In this document: in pieces, positions 51,101 to 63,606 of the stretch
How the letters are laid out: each line of letters begins with the position of its first letter
Numbering within the stretch: position 1 is the first letter of the stretch
NCBI GenBank assembly: GCA_964016885.1
Contig: OZ024742.1
Location: forward strand, 118,668,001-118,732,000
Origin: Eledone cirrhosa
Taxonomy: Eukaryota
Direction: 5' to 3'
Length of the DNA stretch: 64,000 nt
Position numbers and translations under genes: made by a program
Notes under the pieces: generated by a model
Database searches by the model: none
What the model was told of the DNA's origin: nothing
What the model saw: only the letters and a program-made list of their open reading frames with translations

Positions 51101-54100
51101 CTAATAGTTTTGAAAAAACTTGAAAGCATCTTGGACCTGACCAAGCTACCGAAAAGGTATTCAGTAGAAGAGAGAACATGCATGTACCATGAACCACCTA
51201 ATAATCTTCTGCTGACAGCAGAGGACAAATGAAGGAAGGCCCATACTGATTCTAATTCCACAACATCAGAAACTCCCCAAAATAATAACAACAGTAGCAG
51301 ACCCCACCAACACAACAATCCAGAGAGATAGTTCCACCTCAACTAAAAAAGTCCCCCACCTCCTCATCTTCCCTCTGTTTTAGGCTTTTCCAACTCCAGG
51401 ATCATCTTTGAGTGACAAGATTAAGACAAGCCCATTCCAAGACATCATTATTGTTAAGGCAAAGAGGAAAATAGAAACACAAAAATACACATTAAAAAAT
51501 AACAATAAAATCAATAGCTGCAGCAACACCAACAACCAAATAACTGTTTATCAATAACAGCAAAACTTGATTTTATGGTATAGTTAATTGTTCATTACAA
51601 ATCTCAAATGAAATAGATTGGATACTGATTATAGACATTGATTAGTTTGTATATTGGTTATATCAACTTTGATATTGGTTAAATAGGCTTTGATTATTGT
51701 ATCTTTAAACTGCTTGACACTGCTAAATAAGATACATTTTTGCATTGTTAAAGGTTTTTTATTCAATTTGACAATTTGTCTTCATTACTTATATTTCTAT
51801 ACCAATTAGCTATTTTTACATATGTCATCATCATCGTTTTTTCATCTGCTTTTCCCACTTGCATAGGTGGGATGGGTCCTTTTTAGCACAGCATTTCTCC
51901 ACTCATAGTGTTCCTTCTTTTCCTCTGTAAGTTTCAGCAATATGAGATCAGCTCTCACCACCTCAACCCAGGTCTTCCTTGGACTTCCTCTTCTGCAGAT
52001 TCCTTCTACTGAGATTTCTTGGTACTTCTTCACCTAGCAATAATCATCCATATGCATCACGTGTCCATACCAGCACAGTCTTTACCCTTGCACACTACTT
52101 CTGATTCCTCTTAAACCCAGTTTTTCTCTCAATTCATCCAAACTTGTTCAGGTTGTTTCATATTGCAAAATTGCACTTTCCACTGTACTTTTTATGCCAC
52201 ACTTTTCCAGCTGACCATCGATCTTTCTATAAACCTAATAACATTGTCTGGCACTGGAGTAAATGCTAGACACTCTAATATTCAATTTTAGAGGACCATG
52301 TCATAGGCTTTCTTATAGTTCATCCACACCATGGCTAAGTTCTTGTGCCACTCTTTAAAATCTGTAAGGATTGTTTTAGCAATCAACAGTTGATATTTTG
52401 TACCCCTTGTTCTTTTTGCATCCTTTCTGCTCTTCCACTAGAATTTAATTCTCCTTGATGAACTTATACACAGTCCCTAAAATGATTTGTCATTAGTGTC
52501 CACGTTAGTGGCAAGCAAGATATGGGTCTAAAATTATCTACTACATTGCCTTTAGCAGGATCCTTCTGAGATGTTAAATATGGCTTTCTAATTCTTCTCT
52601 TCCACCATGGTTCCTTCCCTTATTTTCCCATTCAATGGATTTACAAATCCTATTTTCCTTGCAACAAACACAACCATAGCACTAATAAGTTTATTTGTAT
52701 CAGATATATTTTCCCTTCTAATATCTGTCAGTACCTCATTCACCCTTTTTGTCGATTCATTCAGAAATGTTCTATCCACCTTCTCCAGTCCCTGTATTTG
52801 GTTCAAATGACCCTCTTTCATGATCTCAATGATCTCATTAATCATCTTATTCTTTTCACTCCTTTCATTCTGCTCTATGATACTGATTATCAACTCTGTT
52901 TTAAGCTCTTTCTCATTCACCCCATTCGTCACAATTTCACCAGTCTCATGATCTTTGTTCTCAGATGTGACTGCTACAGATAATCACTCCTTATTTCTTC
53001 CAACTCGATCTCTGTTAGCCAACTGTTTTGTCAAATCATCAGCATCTGGTCACATAGTCTTTGTTCCGTCACTTTCAACTCTTGTCTCTCCTTCCAGATG
53101 TTATGCATTTGGTTTCTGTAACCACTTACAGGTTTTCCCCTTATCATCGACAGGCCTATTAAAAAAAACAGCTCTCCATTATAGCAACATTCAGTTTTTT
53201 CGACCATCCTGTTCTGGCAGTAGTTGAGTAACGACTAGGCCCATGTTGCTCACCCATGGGACACCTGTCAGACAAGACACCCTCAGCATTTCTGCCTCCA
53301 GCATCATTCACTGTTATTTCTAATCAAATGTTTTTCCATTTCCCTCAAAATGAGGTTAGTGTTGAAGAGGTGCCACAACCACCAGTATTTTTTTATCAAG
53401 ACACCATCTCTAGAAGGTGTTTTAAACAACTCAAAGGAGCCCTCAGACCTTAAAATTGAGGCGAGATATTCTGCACTGGACACCAATGTAGTACTCTATA
53501 CTTCCCAGCATTATTCTTATTATTCTTGTTTACATGTTTCCCGAGCTGTGTATATGTTGTTGTTACTATTGATGTTATTGTTATTGCCTTATTATTATTA
53601 ATTTTTTTTTTTGCTTTTAGTATTCTGGTTTTCAACAAACTGCTGACAAATGCTGTGTTTGTGGTCATTTGATTATGGATATGGTAGGTTTTAATGACTT
53701 CTAGGCAGATACACATTTGCTTAAATTTTATTTAGTTTCTTTCACTTGCATAAATGTTGTGTGTGTGTGTTGTGACAGTGTGTCTATGTAGCAGTGTGTG
53801 CTTGTGTGTTGTGACTGAATCTGTGTTTTATAGCAGTGTGTGTTCTGGTGGTGTGTCTGTATGTTGTAACAGTGTGTCTGTATGTTGTAACAGTGTCTAT
53901 ATGTTGTAACCATGTGTGGGTATGTTGTAACAGTGTGTCTATATGTTGTGACAGTGTCTATGTTGTAACAGTGTGTCTATGTTGTAACAATGTGTATGTA
54001 TGTTGTAACAGTGAGTCTATATGTTGTAACTGTGTATGTATGTTGTAACCATGTGTCTGTATGTTGTAACCATGTGTCTGTATGTTGTAACAGTGTGTCT

Positions 54101-57100
54101 ATATGTTGTAACAGTGTGTCTATATGTTGTAACAGTGTGTGGGTATGTTGTAACAGTGTGTCTATATGTTGTAACAATGTGTATGTTGTAACCACGTGTG
54201 TGTTGTGGCTGGGTATGTGTATTTTAGTAATATCTTATTCATTCAGTGTTATTTTTCTTAGAAGTTCTAATCTCTAATTATTACATCTCTCTCTATGATG
54301 CAACCATAAAATAATTATATTACCAAACTCATCAATTTCTCCCTTTATAAGAATATAACCCAATCTTCTGTTCCCATATTTCTAATAATATACACTTACT
54401 ATAATTTCTAGATAATTTTGAAAAGAACCAAATATTTGATGTTCAGAATATAACTTAAAAAAGTTCATACTTAAAATAATGATGGGAGGTTTTTAGATGA
54501 ATATAAACACTTTAATACAACCAGCTTAGTACTGTACAACCAGCAGCGATTTGGTGTAGAAAGTGTTAAGAAAACAAATATGTTTTTGTTTTTTTAAGTA
54601 TAAAAATAAATATTTTATTTTGTTTTCAGATCTTACAAGCAATGGGTAAAGCTTACCATCCTGGCTGTTTCCGCTGCTGTCAATGTAATGAATGTTTAGA
54701 TGGTGTACCTTTTACAATTGATGTAGAAAACAACATATATTGTGTTGCTGATTATCATAGGTATTTTATTATTATATATATTTATGAATTTGATTTGCAA
54801 GATTCTTGATGTGAAATCATGTGTTGAAACATATATTTGAGGATGGTCATTTTGCCAATAAAAAGAGATGGAGTAAACAAAATAAGACCAGAAAGAAGAG
54901 GGAGCACAGAGAAGAAAAACAAATAGTCATTGAGGAGGTCACAGAATGTGTGATGAAAGGGTTAAGTGAAAGTCAAATAGTGTGTGTGTTTGTTTTGACA
55001 ACTGGTCATCTCCAAATATAACTAATATCATCATCATCATCATCTTCGTTTAACGTCCATTTTCCACGCTAGCATGGGTTATATATATATATGCTTACAT
55101 AGTCTAAGATTCCTAATTTGCCATATTTAATTTTTGCATGGGATAAATGAGGTGTTTTGTGTCAGGTTTTTCTATAGCCAGATATCCATTCTAGTGCCAT
55201 TCCATACCTTATTCTAGGTATGGTATATGCTGCTGACATTTGGCAAACTGCTACATTATAGCACATATTTATTGAAGACAGTCACCACTGACTTTATAAA
55301 TGGTATTGATATGATATTGGCATTGACTGAGGCTTCTGTCCCCGCCCTCTCTCTAATGGTGATTTACCTGGCTTATTCAACTATTTTAATTTGCATTGTA
55401 GCAACTTTTGATAAGAAAATCATCATGGTTTAATGTCCATTTTCCACGTTAGCATGGGTAAGATGGGCTGTCCTGTTGTGAGACATCCAAGTCAGAGGAC
55501 CGTGTTTTGCTCACACAGAACTGATTTTGGCTTGGTTTCTACGACTGGTTGCCCTTTCTAACACCAACCACATTTACAGTGTGTCCCGAGTTCTTTTTGT
55601 CGTGATATCTACACGACCACTTTATAGTGTGGACTGAGTTCTTTTTGTCATGTCAATAGATTTTCAAACTTGCCTTATATCTTTGTAAACTTCCCAGTTT
55701 GCTTAGTCTACCTTCCATACTGGCATGGATTAGATGAGTTGTCAGAGTCTGGGACCAGACAAGTTTGATCAATCCATCCTGCTCGTACATTCCATGGTTT
55801 TTATAGCTACACACACACAGTGGCTTCCTGACAAAAAAGAATGTTTTTCTCCTTTTAGATTATACACTATTCATGTGATGATTATTGTGTTTAGAATAAA
55901 ATACAAAATTATTCTATTATTAGTTTGAATGAGCATATGACACTGCACTAATCTTTATTAAAAATATCTTAAATAAAGACAATAAGATGGATGAATTCAG
56001 ATATTTTTAATTTACTCATAATCTTGATAATGAGCTCTTGATAAGTATCCAGTGTATTTTACATTTTTTGTGCATTGGTATATATATATCATTTGGGAAC
56101 AAATATTTCATTATTGAATTTCCTGCATTTTGTCATAGAATGGAGGTCGTTTGCTATTTTCAAGTTTAGTTGACTGGTAAAGATAAGCCTGTAATATATT
56201 TTTCAAAGCTCTTACACAATGCCTATAATTGGATTGAAACTGCAAATTTAGTGGTCATAGGTTTAATTATATAATCAAATTAGTTTGTTTTTTTTCCTTC
56301 TAACATTTGATATTAACAGGTTTATAGTTTGCCACTCTCACACTAAACTGCCATCCTGTATTTTCCCTTAATTTAGTAATTGCAAATTCATTACCAAATC
56401 AAAGTAATTGATAATAATCTTAAAATAGAGTATTTCCAGATATATTAGTAACTTTTAGTCCAATTATTATCTATTTTCACTGAATAAACAATAAATATTA
56501 TATGCTATTTCTCATTGCCATTTCATTTTCTTTTTTTATAGGATTTATGCTCCAAAGTGTGCAGCCTGTGGGCAAGCAATCACTCCTGTTGAGGTATGCA
56601 TTTATGATATATGATTGACTAAAATCTTTTTTGAAGATTATTTGAGTATAGTCTGTGTTGTTGGTCGGAGTACTAAGGAGTATATGTATAAAGCTTATAA
56701 GCTTTTAGCTTGTTCTTGTCTCAATACTGAGTGAGTAAATGTCTCCCATGATGGATGAAAATCCAGAAACATGCACCTGGCATTCTCACAGCTTAAAACA
56801 TTCATAGTGAGACTTTTATTGATTGAATTCTTAATGATTATTTTTAGTTTTACCTACATGTATAAGGAAATTCTCTGATTTTTAACTTTAGGGCACTGAA
56901 GAAACAGTTCGTGTTGTGTCTATGGACAGAGATTTTCATGTTGACTGTTATCATTGTGAGGTAAGTTATAGATTTAATGGACAATTTATTTCCCTAAGTG
57001 AATATTTTTTTTTTTTTGATAATTTCTTATATTCTTCAAAAGGAATTGGACTAGTACTTGTGTGCCTGTGTGAACAAAGATATTTCTATGATATTAATTC

Positions 57101-60100
57101 AATAGAGCAAGAACTGGTCCCTAAATTTCAGTCAATGTTTTGGAAAACTTATACTTTAAAGTTGTGCTTGATCTGAGGTCATGTGTTGAAATTAAAGCAA
57201 TTATAGCAAAGAAGAAACATTTTAACCATTTAAAAACACCAGAACTCTGCACTTTACATTTAAATCTATTTTTTGGTATTATCAGTTTTTTGTGTGTTTT
57301 TGAATAACTAAAATGCCCTCCAAGCTGTAATTGCTATCATATTTTAACTTAGTCAATAATCATTTGAATTCAGAAGTTGTTGACCTGCTTCGATTCTCAT
57401 TTAGGAAAAGAACTCCAACTTCTCAATGCCACTATGTAGATATTTGGTGATGTAAGAAAATGCATCAATGATTATTGATACACAGTTATAAACTGAAACT
57501 TATAATTATATTACAATTTTTGCAGTTTCTGCATTTGAAATCATGTATGTTGATTTAATATTCACATTAGTGTGGCCTAATGGTTAGGGTGTTGGACTCA
57601 CAATCATGATGTCATGTGTTCAATTCCCAAATCAGATTACATATTTTATTCAGCAAGGTAGCTCAGTTCACTCAGCAGCAGTGGACTGGTATCCTATCCA
57701 GTGGGAAATCTTTTACATTCAGTCACTTCACAGCCATGAAATAAAATATGCCAGGGGCTTCATCCAACCCGTAGAAGCTTAGGAAAATGGTCGTAAAATG
57801 ATAACTGTAACTCATTCACATCAGCTTGACAGCTGATCTCGACAATAGTATGCATTCGTTTTCTGTTTTTTAGCCATACAATAGTATTCAGTTTATTGGT
57901 TGAATTAGTAGCAGTTCTCCTAATATTCTTGACTTTAGAGTTATAAATACATCCAAGAGTATTGATATTTTTAGTGAATTAATCCTTCTTATGATTGCTA
58001 TCACCAAGAATATACAATAATACCTTACAGAAAGACAATGTCTTACTGATAGATTGAACAGCTCCTGTATCATGTTTTCTTTGCCGGATTCAGATAACAA
58101 TGTTTTATTCTGTTGATTTTTGTGCTATCTTTAGTGATATGATAATTGAACAGATTTTGTCAATTTGTCAGTGGCAGCAACTAGTTATGTTAGTATATTT
58201 TAATCAACCATGAATTAAGAGCTGAGCCAAAAGTTCACATTTAGTCCAGTTGTATTTGATTACTGTATTTCCCAGCGTTGAAGACACTACTTTTTCCCTA
58301 AAATAAGTAAAAAAATCTACCATGCATCCTTGGTTGTCAAAATTCGGGTGCGTTTTTCTTCGCCAGGAAATACGGTATATTGCTCAGCGTTTGCTTTAAT
58401 TATATTCACTATTTGAAACTTATTCTTAAATGAGGGTTCAAGTTGGCCAGTCACTGGTTCACTGCTTTTTAGACAATAGCTGTTCTTTCTGTATCCAGCT
58501 TATCTTTTGTGTAGAGCTACTGCAGCTTTCTCTATACATCTGCCCACACTAGTTTCATGTCTATGGTTATACACACAATTTCAGTCCTTCACTCAGAGAC
58601 ACAGTGCAAGACTTTTTTCACTACTCTTGCACACACATCAGTAATCAACTCTTAGCATTTATAAATTGTACATAAAATCTTGTAGGACTTAGTCTTCAGT
58701 ATTTACTATCCACTTTGCTTTTTTCAACTGTAATAATTTAATGGTTTCTGATTTAGGCACAAGGCGAAATAATTTGTTTTGGGGGGGAAAGTCGATTAAA
58801 TCGACTCCAGTGCGTTACTGGTACTTTATTTTATTGACCCTGTAAGGATGAAGGGAAAATCTAATCTCGGCTGGATTTGGACTCAGAATGTAAAGGGAGG
58901 TAACTATTTCGCAAAGCATATCCGATGCTCTTACTGATATTGTTAATCAACTTCCGTTTTAACTGTAATAATTTAATGACCTGAAAGAGAAGTCTCTCTC
59001 ATTCAACAACCAGAAAAACCATAGTAAACAATTTAGTCGTGTTCATCCATGTAGTTTTTGAAAGGATAATTATTATTATTATTTTCCTTCATTTTCTATA
59101 AAACTATCTTGTTTCACTTTGGATATCAGATAAATTTAGAAATAATTTTCACTCATTCAGAAGAAACGAATGTTAATTATTCTAACAAGTAGATTTAATT
59201 ATTAATATTTTATCAACATTTACTAAGTCAGCCAATTTATTACTAGTATTATGATAATGTATAATGAAAAACTATAAAATACATTAACAAAAGGTGTTTC
59301 TATCCATATTTACAGCTGTCAAGACAGAATTAAACAGTAAAATATCTCCTGTTGATTTTTTTTCTCTATAACATATAGCATGTATTATTGAATTCTTCTG
59401 TTTTAGATATTTCGTGAATCCTTTTCTCTTTTTTTTTTTCTTTTACTTCACAGTAGATGTGAATAGTTAAAATTTCCTTCTTATTAAACTAATTGCAGTT
59501 CAAACATTATTGGCATGATAATTACCTGATTAATAAACTTACTACTTACAGTTTTGGGTGATTGACATCTTTTTAAAAAAATTATCAGTTTTGTGTTGCC
59601 ATTTGTTTTTAGTTGTGTAACAATTTAAGTAATAAGAAAACATTCAGAATTTGACATTTAAACTTCAGTGAAATTTAACTTTTAATCTAACAATCTTTTC
59701 TAATTTGTATTTCTTTTTTTAGTTATTGCTCATTGGTTATTTGTGTTGGTGATTTATATGATAAACACACTCTGTACAATCTATAAAATGGTTGGCGATA
59801 GGAAGGGCATCCCACCATAGAAAACCTTCCAAACAAAGGGTAGAGAGGACTGTTAACTGTGCCAAAAACATAACAACTTCCCTTGTGTTAGTGTCAAGAT
59901 AAAACACACTCAGTAGAGTGCAGGATTGTATGTTGAGCCTCAGCCAATCTGGAGGTCTGGCACTCCGCTTGAGTACTGCCTGGTCTGTAACGACATGTCC
60001 AACTGATGCTAGCAATGAAAACGGACATTAAATGATGATTTATGTGTGTGTGTGTGTGTGTATTTATATATATGTGTGTATCTATATATATATATATATA

Positions 60101-63100
60101 TGTACTTTTAGTTGCGTCGGTACTCAAACTTTTACACAAACTCATCATGTATTTCTGCAGCAGTGAGTTTTGTTGTTGAATCTTTATTCCTGGTGGAAAT
60201 TATTTCAGCCCAATTATGTCTGTTGTAAATGTAAAAGTCAAGTATAACAGAATTCCTTTCCTCTTCCCCTGAATAGATTCAGGTTTCTTCATTAAATTAA
60301 AAATAAATAAACATTGAAAGAAACAATAACATTATACCATCAACATTTAAATACAGTTGTCCCCCGGTATTCGCAGGGAAACGTTCCTAAAGCACCCACA
60401 AAGAATGAAAAACTGTGAATATTGGATGTGGTCCATAAAAATGCCTATAAATGTCAAAATATAACGTAAAATATTGGCCGGCAAACACTGTATAATGCTA
60501 TTAATAATTTAGCGTTAAAATATATATTGCCACGAAAACAAGCCATTAAAAAAATCGCTGAAGATATTTATGATTCCGCGAATATGCGGTGATTTCCATA
60601 ACAATTATTAGTTAGGTTCTAAGGAAAATTCCGCGAATAATCAGGGCCGCAAATGCCAGGGGTACACTATATAATGTGTTTGTTTTAAGTAAATCTAAGA
60701 AATGTTATTGTATTGCTTTTTTGCTTCCAGCCTTGTTATCAGTTATTTTAAAACATGTTACTGATTGAATATGTAATATGGTCTAAAATTTATTATTAGA
60801 ATTATGAGAATCTTTACTGATAGACATATGTTTGTAATTGTTTTATTTCATCTGTAAATTATTTCCCTTTCAAATCAATTCTTATTTCTTCTAATAGGAC
60901 AAAATAAATTTTGCCCTTTATATTTGAAAAACTGCAAATGGAAATCGATTTAATACATGTTTTAGTCATATTTTTAATTGGCAGATGAAATTAGTCCACT
61001 GATTTGTGTATATGTTTAAAACATTTATATATTTTATTTGCTAATTAGGTGTTTTCCTCCTTAATCTGGTGTTGTTATTATTATTTTTTTTTTTTAATGT
61101 GATTCCACACCGATTTCCAGTTGGAGATTGAATATAGTTCAGGAGAATTAGCTCTATTATTATATTATTACATTATTATTATCTGTATTGTACTGCACAT
61201 GGGTCTCTCCTATCGACTACATTAATTATCAACAGAATTATTTGTGGAGTTGTTTCCCTTTTAATCTACACCTCATTCATTTGCGAAAAAAATAATACGT
61301 TAATCATTCACATCATCGTATCTGAATAAAGTTTAATGCTTAGCATTAAATAAGATATCCAAAACACTGCAGTGTTTTGTGGAATACGCATCATACCAGG
61401 GAGGAGGACGACTATATTACCAACATTAATATAGAAGATACGAGAAAATCTTTCTTGCAGCCAGTAAAAATTGGCAAATACTTGTATAGTTATTAATAGA
61501 AATTCGTATGAAGATTGTGAAATTTGGCTTGAAATCTTTTCTGCATGAGTCTGATTGTATCTTTCTTGCATGGTGGATTTGGTTTCTTGCCTTTTAAAAA
61601 GTGTTTGCAGTTATTTTAGCATCATTACTGCAGACTCCTAAGTGAACAAATAAATAGATTCAGGCATTAAATACTATCAAAAAAACTCAATGTAAAAAGT
61701 AACAAATATATAAAATGGAAGGAAAAGACTATGTATTTCATATACTTTTTTGTGCTCTTAAAAGAAGTAGGGTGAAAGTAATAGTGCTCATGAGTTATAT
61801 AGCTCTTTTTGAAGAAGATTGGGGTTCTGTGTTTGAAAGATTGCTTAGTGGAACATAATTTTTATCTAAATCTGTTCTAAGAAGATGCAGTTCCAAGGAG
61901 GAAAAGTGTCTGCTGTTTTAAGTGTTGAAGGGAGAGGAGAAAGAGAGATAACTTTATACCTTATCAGGCTTTAATTTTAATTGGATAAAAATTCAATTAA
62001 AATTAAATTAACTTTTTACATTTATGATTCCCCACCTCCCAAATGAGATTTGATTGTTGCACAAAAAATATTTTAATCTAAATGTCTTTATATTTCTTTA
62101 AAGTTTTTAAAACCAACAATGAGAGTGTAGGATGGCTGAATCAACATGATACCGGATGACTAACTGCGGTATTAGCTATGTCTGTCCTGCACCAGAAAGC
62201 CAAAAGACCTGCCTTGCAAGCTCTTATATCTCTCTAGCTGCAGCTATGTAGTTTGGATGTTGTTAAGAGGATGTTTTCCAATTTTTTCAAGCTTTCTTGC
62301 CCACCACTTCTCAAAGAGGCTCTCTCAACAGTAGCCTTGCTGTTATATTCAAGATCAATTTTATTTCTCTATGCACTAATCTCCTCAGGAGTTTCCTTCA
62401 TTCTAACAGCATTTTTTCTGCTTTAAAGAAATCTTAATAACATAGTCATTAAGTGGTAGCATTTCAAAATCATTGGAGAGATATTAAAGTTTAAATAAAA
62501 CATGTCAAACATCTTGAATATAATTAAATATTTATTAACAAAAGCATTTCAATGATCTCATTGGTTCTATCCCTCTTTGTGCTTGTATGTCTTATAAATA
62601 GTCAATATTTGATTGAATTTTCAATGCCTATATTTGGCATGGCATAACTTCATCCAGGCTATTGCTGCATGTTTCCAACATTGGCTTTATTAGATTGTAA
62701 AAGAGGCTTAGAATTAGCGAATGACTAGTAGCAAAAAGTAATACATACTACTATTAACTCAGTGGTGTCTATTTTAAACACTGTAAATTGTGTATATTTA
62801 ACGAAATAAGTTCTGGAAATTACCAGTCGTTTTTCATTAAACATTTTTTACAAGGAATAAATATTTTTAGGGAATAGCTTCTTAGACTAAACAAACACAT
62901 TAAGCAGTATTTTATTTCATCCCTCTTGGTTTTAAGATCAAATCCCTCAGGGATCAATTTTAATTTTTATCCATCACTGGTACTGTTAATTGCCAGGGAT
63001 GATTCATCCAACTACATTCCTCTCTTCTAAATTAAAATTTGTTAAAAATATTAATATTTTCAAATTTGTTTGAAAGAGATTTTGAAATAAACTGGTTCCT

Positions 63101-63606
63101 TTAATAATTTCTGTTTTCTTTCACGCTTGTAGGATTGTGGTATGCAACTAACAGATGAACCTGATAAGCGGTGCTATCCATACCAAAATGTATTGCTCTG
63201 CCGAGACTGTCACATAAAACGCCTCAATGACCGCTATCCCGATGAGCAGTTTTGCATTGATCCAGTTACTCAGCTTATTAAAACCATAAATAATGAAAAC
63301 TCTAAAGTGGATTCTCAAGGTGGCTCTCTTGGTGGAACTGTTGGAGACTTTGCTCCTGCCACTATCAGTGTTCTTACAGCTCCACGTATGAATACACCAG
63401 CTGGTTATCGTGGCTCATATTGCAGCAATAGTACTGTAGGAGATGCAAATGGTGCTAACTCCAACACTAATACACACAATTTTAGTTCTGGCCAAGAACA
63501 GTATTTGCTATCTAACAACTATCAATCACCACAAAGACCATATGATCAAAAAGCACCTCTATCTCCTGTAAAATCTTCTATGAAATACCAAATAACAGAA
63601 CTTTGA
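39057..63606 (+). CDS. WTIP: Ajuba-family LIM domain protein (WTIP/LIMD1/AJUBA, jub ortholog), 5'-partial; 7 coding exons: 39057-39158, 49211-49278, 53621-53683, 54630-54760, 56542-56593, 56892-56960, 63133-63606
   Basis: The exons (102, 68, 63, 131, 52, 69, 474 nt) have AG/GT borders and splice in frame to [10 protein letters not shown]...[70 protein letters not shown]...[60 protein letters not shown]...CRDCH...YQITEL*. This gives three LIM domains with the Ajuba-family signature [11 protein letters not shown]. The symbol is the closest family name; invertebrates typically have one ortholog. Confidence 0.93.
39371..39528 (+). mobile_element. Short bipartite element: candidate ribozyme head plus RTE-like tail (copy 4, complete)
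   Basis: TGTGTATTT-AGTTTCAAAT-AGATACATA, GTCAT-AGAAG-GTGAC-TAGAA, GCACCAGGAAAGACATCTGGTTGTAAAC, tail AACCCTTTTTCTAGCAGGTAAAATAGCCTTTAAATAAT. Confidence 0.5.
39560..39854. mobile_element. Degenerate Tigger/pogo-like MITE
   Basis: TACATAGAACCTC...TTCCACTGTA ends; internal TTTCCCAT motif. Confidence 0.45.
40390..40590 (+). mobile_element. tRNA-derived SINE
   Basis: GGTAGAGCGTCGGAC...GAGTTCAAACTC...CCTTACGGGGTCGATAAATAAAGCACCAG. Confidence 0.75.
40693..42450 (+). mobile_element. RTE LINE subfamily B, 5'-truncated (premature stop at about 41005; YADG)
   Basis: ORFs 40636-41007 and 41011-42162; 3' UTR and (GAT)n tail. Confidence 0.92.
42455..42645 (-). mobile_element. CRE-like RLE C-terminal fragment
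   Basis: [21 protein letters not shown], homologous to 28684-28735. Confidence 0.55.
42771..44979. mobile_element. hAT-type non-autonomous DNA element carrying an RTE insertion
   Basis: TIRs CAGAGGGTCTCAAA / TTTGAGAATCTCTG; perfect 8-bp TSD CTCTATCT (42763-42770 and 44980-44987). Confidence 0.85.
42896..44822 (+). mobile_element. RTE LINE subfamily C (diverged from B), 5'-truncated and decayed
   Basis: RT motifs ([14 protein letters not shown]) and RRLHWYGH; long 3' UTR; (GAT)n tail; probable TSD ATACTAT (42889-42895 and 44823-44829). Confidence 0.9.
45400..45740 (-). mobile_element. Old RTE RT fragment
   Basis: Minus strand has [42 protein letters not shown]-like remnants of RT domains 2-3. 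Confidence 0.5.
48165..48630 (-). mobile_element. L1/Tx1-clade LINE ORF2 fragment
   Basis: PITTAEI...[13 protein letters not shown]...[31 protein letters not shown]. Confidence 0.75.
48979..49060 (+). ncRNA. Candidate hatchet-like ribozyme element (copy 5)
   Basis: GTGTATTTT-GGTTTAGAAT-AGGTACAT...ACCTGCATGTAAGAGACAACTAAAAGACTTGGCATCAGGAAGGACAT. Confidence 0.4.
49211..49278 (+). CDS. WTIP: LIM gene exon (LIM1 C-terminal part)
   Basis: ctctcttcAG|GCCGT...TACCTC|GTAAGT; encodes [23 protein letters not shown]. Confidence 0.93.
51826..52140 (-). mobile_element. RTE subfamily A 3' fragment
   Basis: [10 protein letters not shown]...[14 protein letters not shown]...[12 protein letters not shown], with (GAT)n tail. 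Confidence 0.8.
52140..53300 (-). mobile_element. Decayed 5' part of an RLE-type LINE (R4/Dong-like)
   Basis: Remnant [27 protein letters not shown] and EPWWKRR-like segments. Confidence 0.4.
53621..53683 (+). CDS. WTIP: LIM gene exon (start of LIM2)
   Basis: ttgcttttAG|TATTCT...GATATG|GTAGGT; encodes [21 protein letters not shown]. Confidence 0.93.
53755..54200. repeat. ~21-bp minisatellite (ATGTTGTAACAGTGTGTCTRT)
   Basis: Direct reading; located between LIM2 exons. Confidence 0.85.
54630..54760 (+). CDS. WTIP: LIM gene exon (LIM2)
   Basis: tgttttcAG|ATCTTA...CATAG|GTATTT; encodes [43 protein letters not shown](R). Confidence 0.93.
56542..56593 (+). CDS. WTIP: LIM gene exon (start of LIM3)
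   Basis: tttttatAG|GATTTAT...GTTGAG|GTATGC; encodes [17 protein letters not shown]. Confidence 0.92.
56892..56960 (+). CDS. WTIP: LIM gene exon (LIM3)
   Basis: aactttAG|GGCACT...TGTGAG|GTAAGT; encodes [23 protein letters not shown]. Confidence 0.93.
57571..57803 (+). mobile_element. tRNA-headed CORE-type SINE with RTE-like tail
   Basis: TGTGGCCTAATGGTTAGGG...GTTCAATTCCC; GCTCAGTTCACTCAGC; tail TCCAACCCGTAGAAGCTTAGGAAAATGGTCGTAAAATGAT. Confidence 0.65.
58261..58377. mobile_element. Tc2/pogo-type MITE
   Basis: TACTGTATTTCC ... GGAAATACGGTA terminal inverted repeats with TA flanks. Confidence 0.65.
58745..58960 (-). mobile_element. tRNA-derived SINE
   Basis: Reverse complement of the core (CTGGTACTTTATTTTATTGACCCTGTAAGGATGAA) and of the tail. 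Confidence 0.7.
60354..60669. mobile_element. Tigger/pogo-like MITE
   Basis: TA-CAGTTGTCCCCCGGTATTCGC ... GCAAATGCCAGGGGTACACTA-TA; internal CCGCGAATA repeats. Confidence 0.65.
63133..63606 (+). CDS. WTIP: LIM gene last coding exon (end of LIM3 plus C-terminal extension, stop TGA)
   Basis: cttgtAG|GATTGTGGTATG; encodes [31 protein letters not shown]...KYQITEL*. Confidence 0.92.
   Translation, partial: DCGMQLTDEPDKRCYPYQNVLLCRDCHIKRLNDRYPDEQFCIDPVTQLIKTINNENSKVDSQGGSLGGTVGDFAPATISVLTAPRMNTPAGYRGSYCSNSTVGDANGANSNTNTHNFSSGQEQYLLSNNYQSPQRPYDQKAPLSPVKSSMKYQITEL

Noticed and set aside
50400-51430. Possible nested gene or LINE ORF1 remnant in a less AT-rich, A-skewed segment
   Set aside because: No sustained ORF, splice pattern or recognisable motif; it cannot be called without a search.
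53728-54277. Cys/Val- or Thr/His-rich ORFs
   Set aside because: They are translations of the 21-bp minisatellite.
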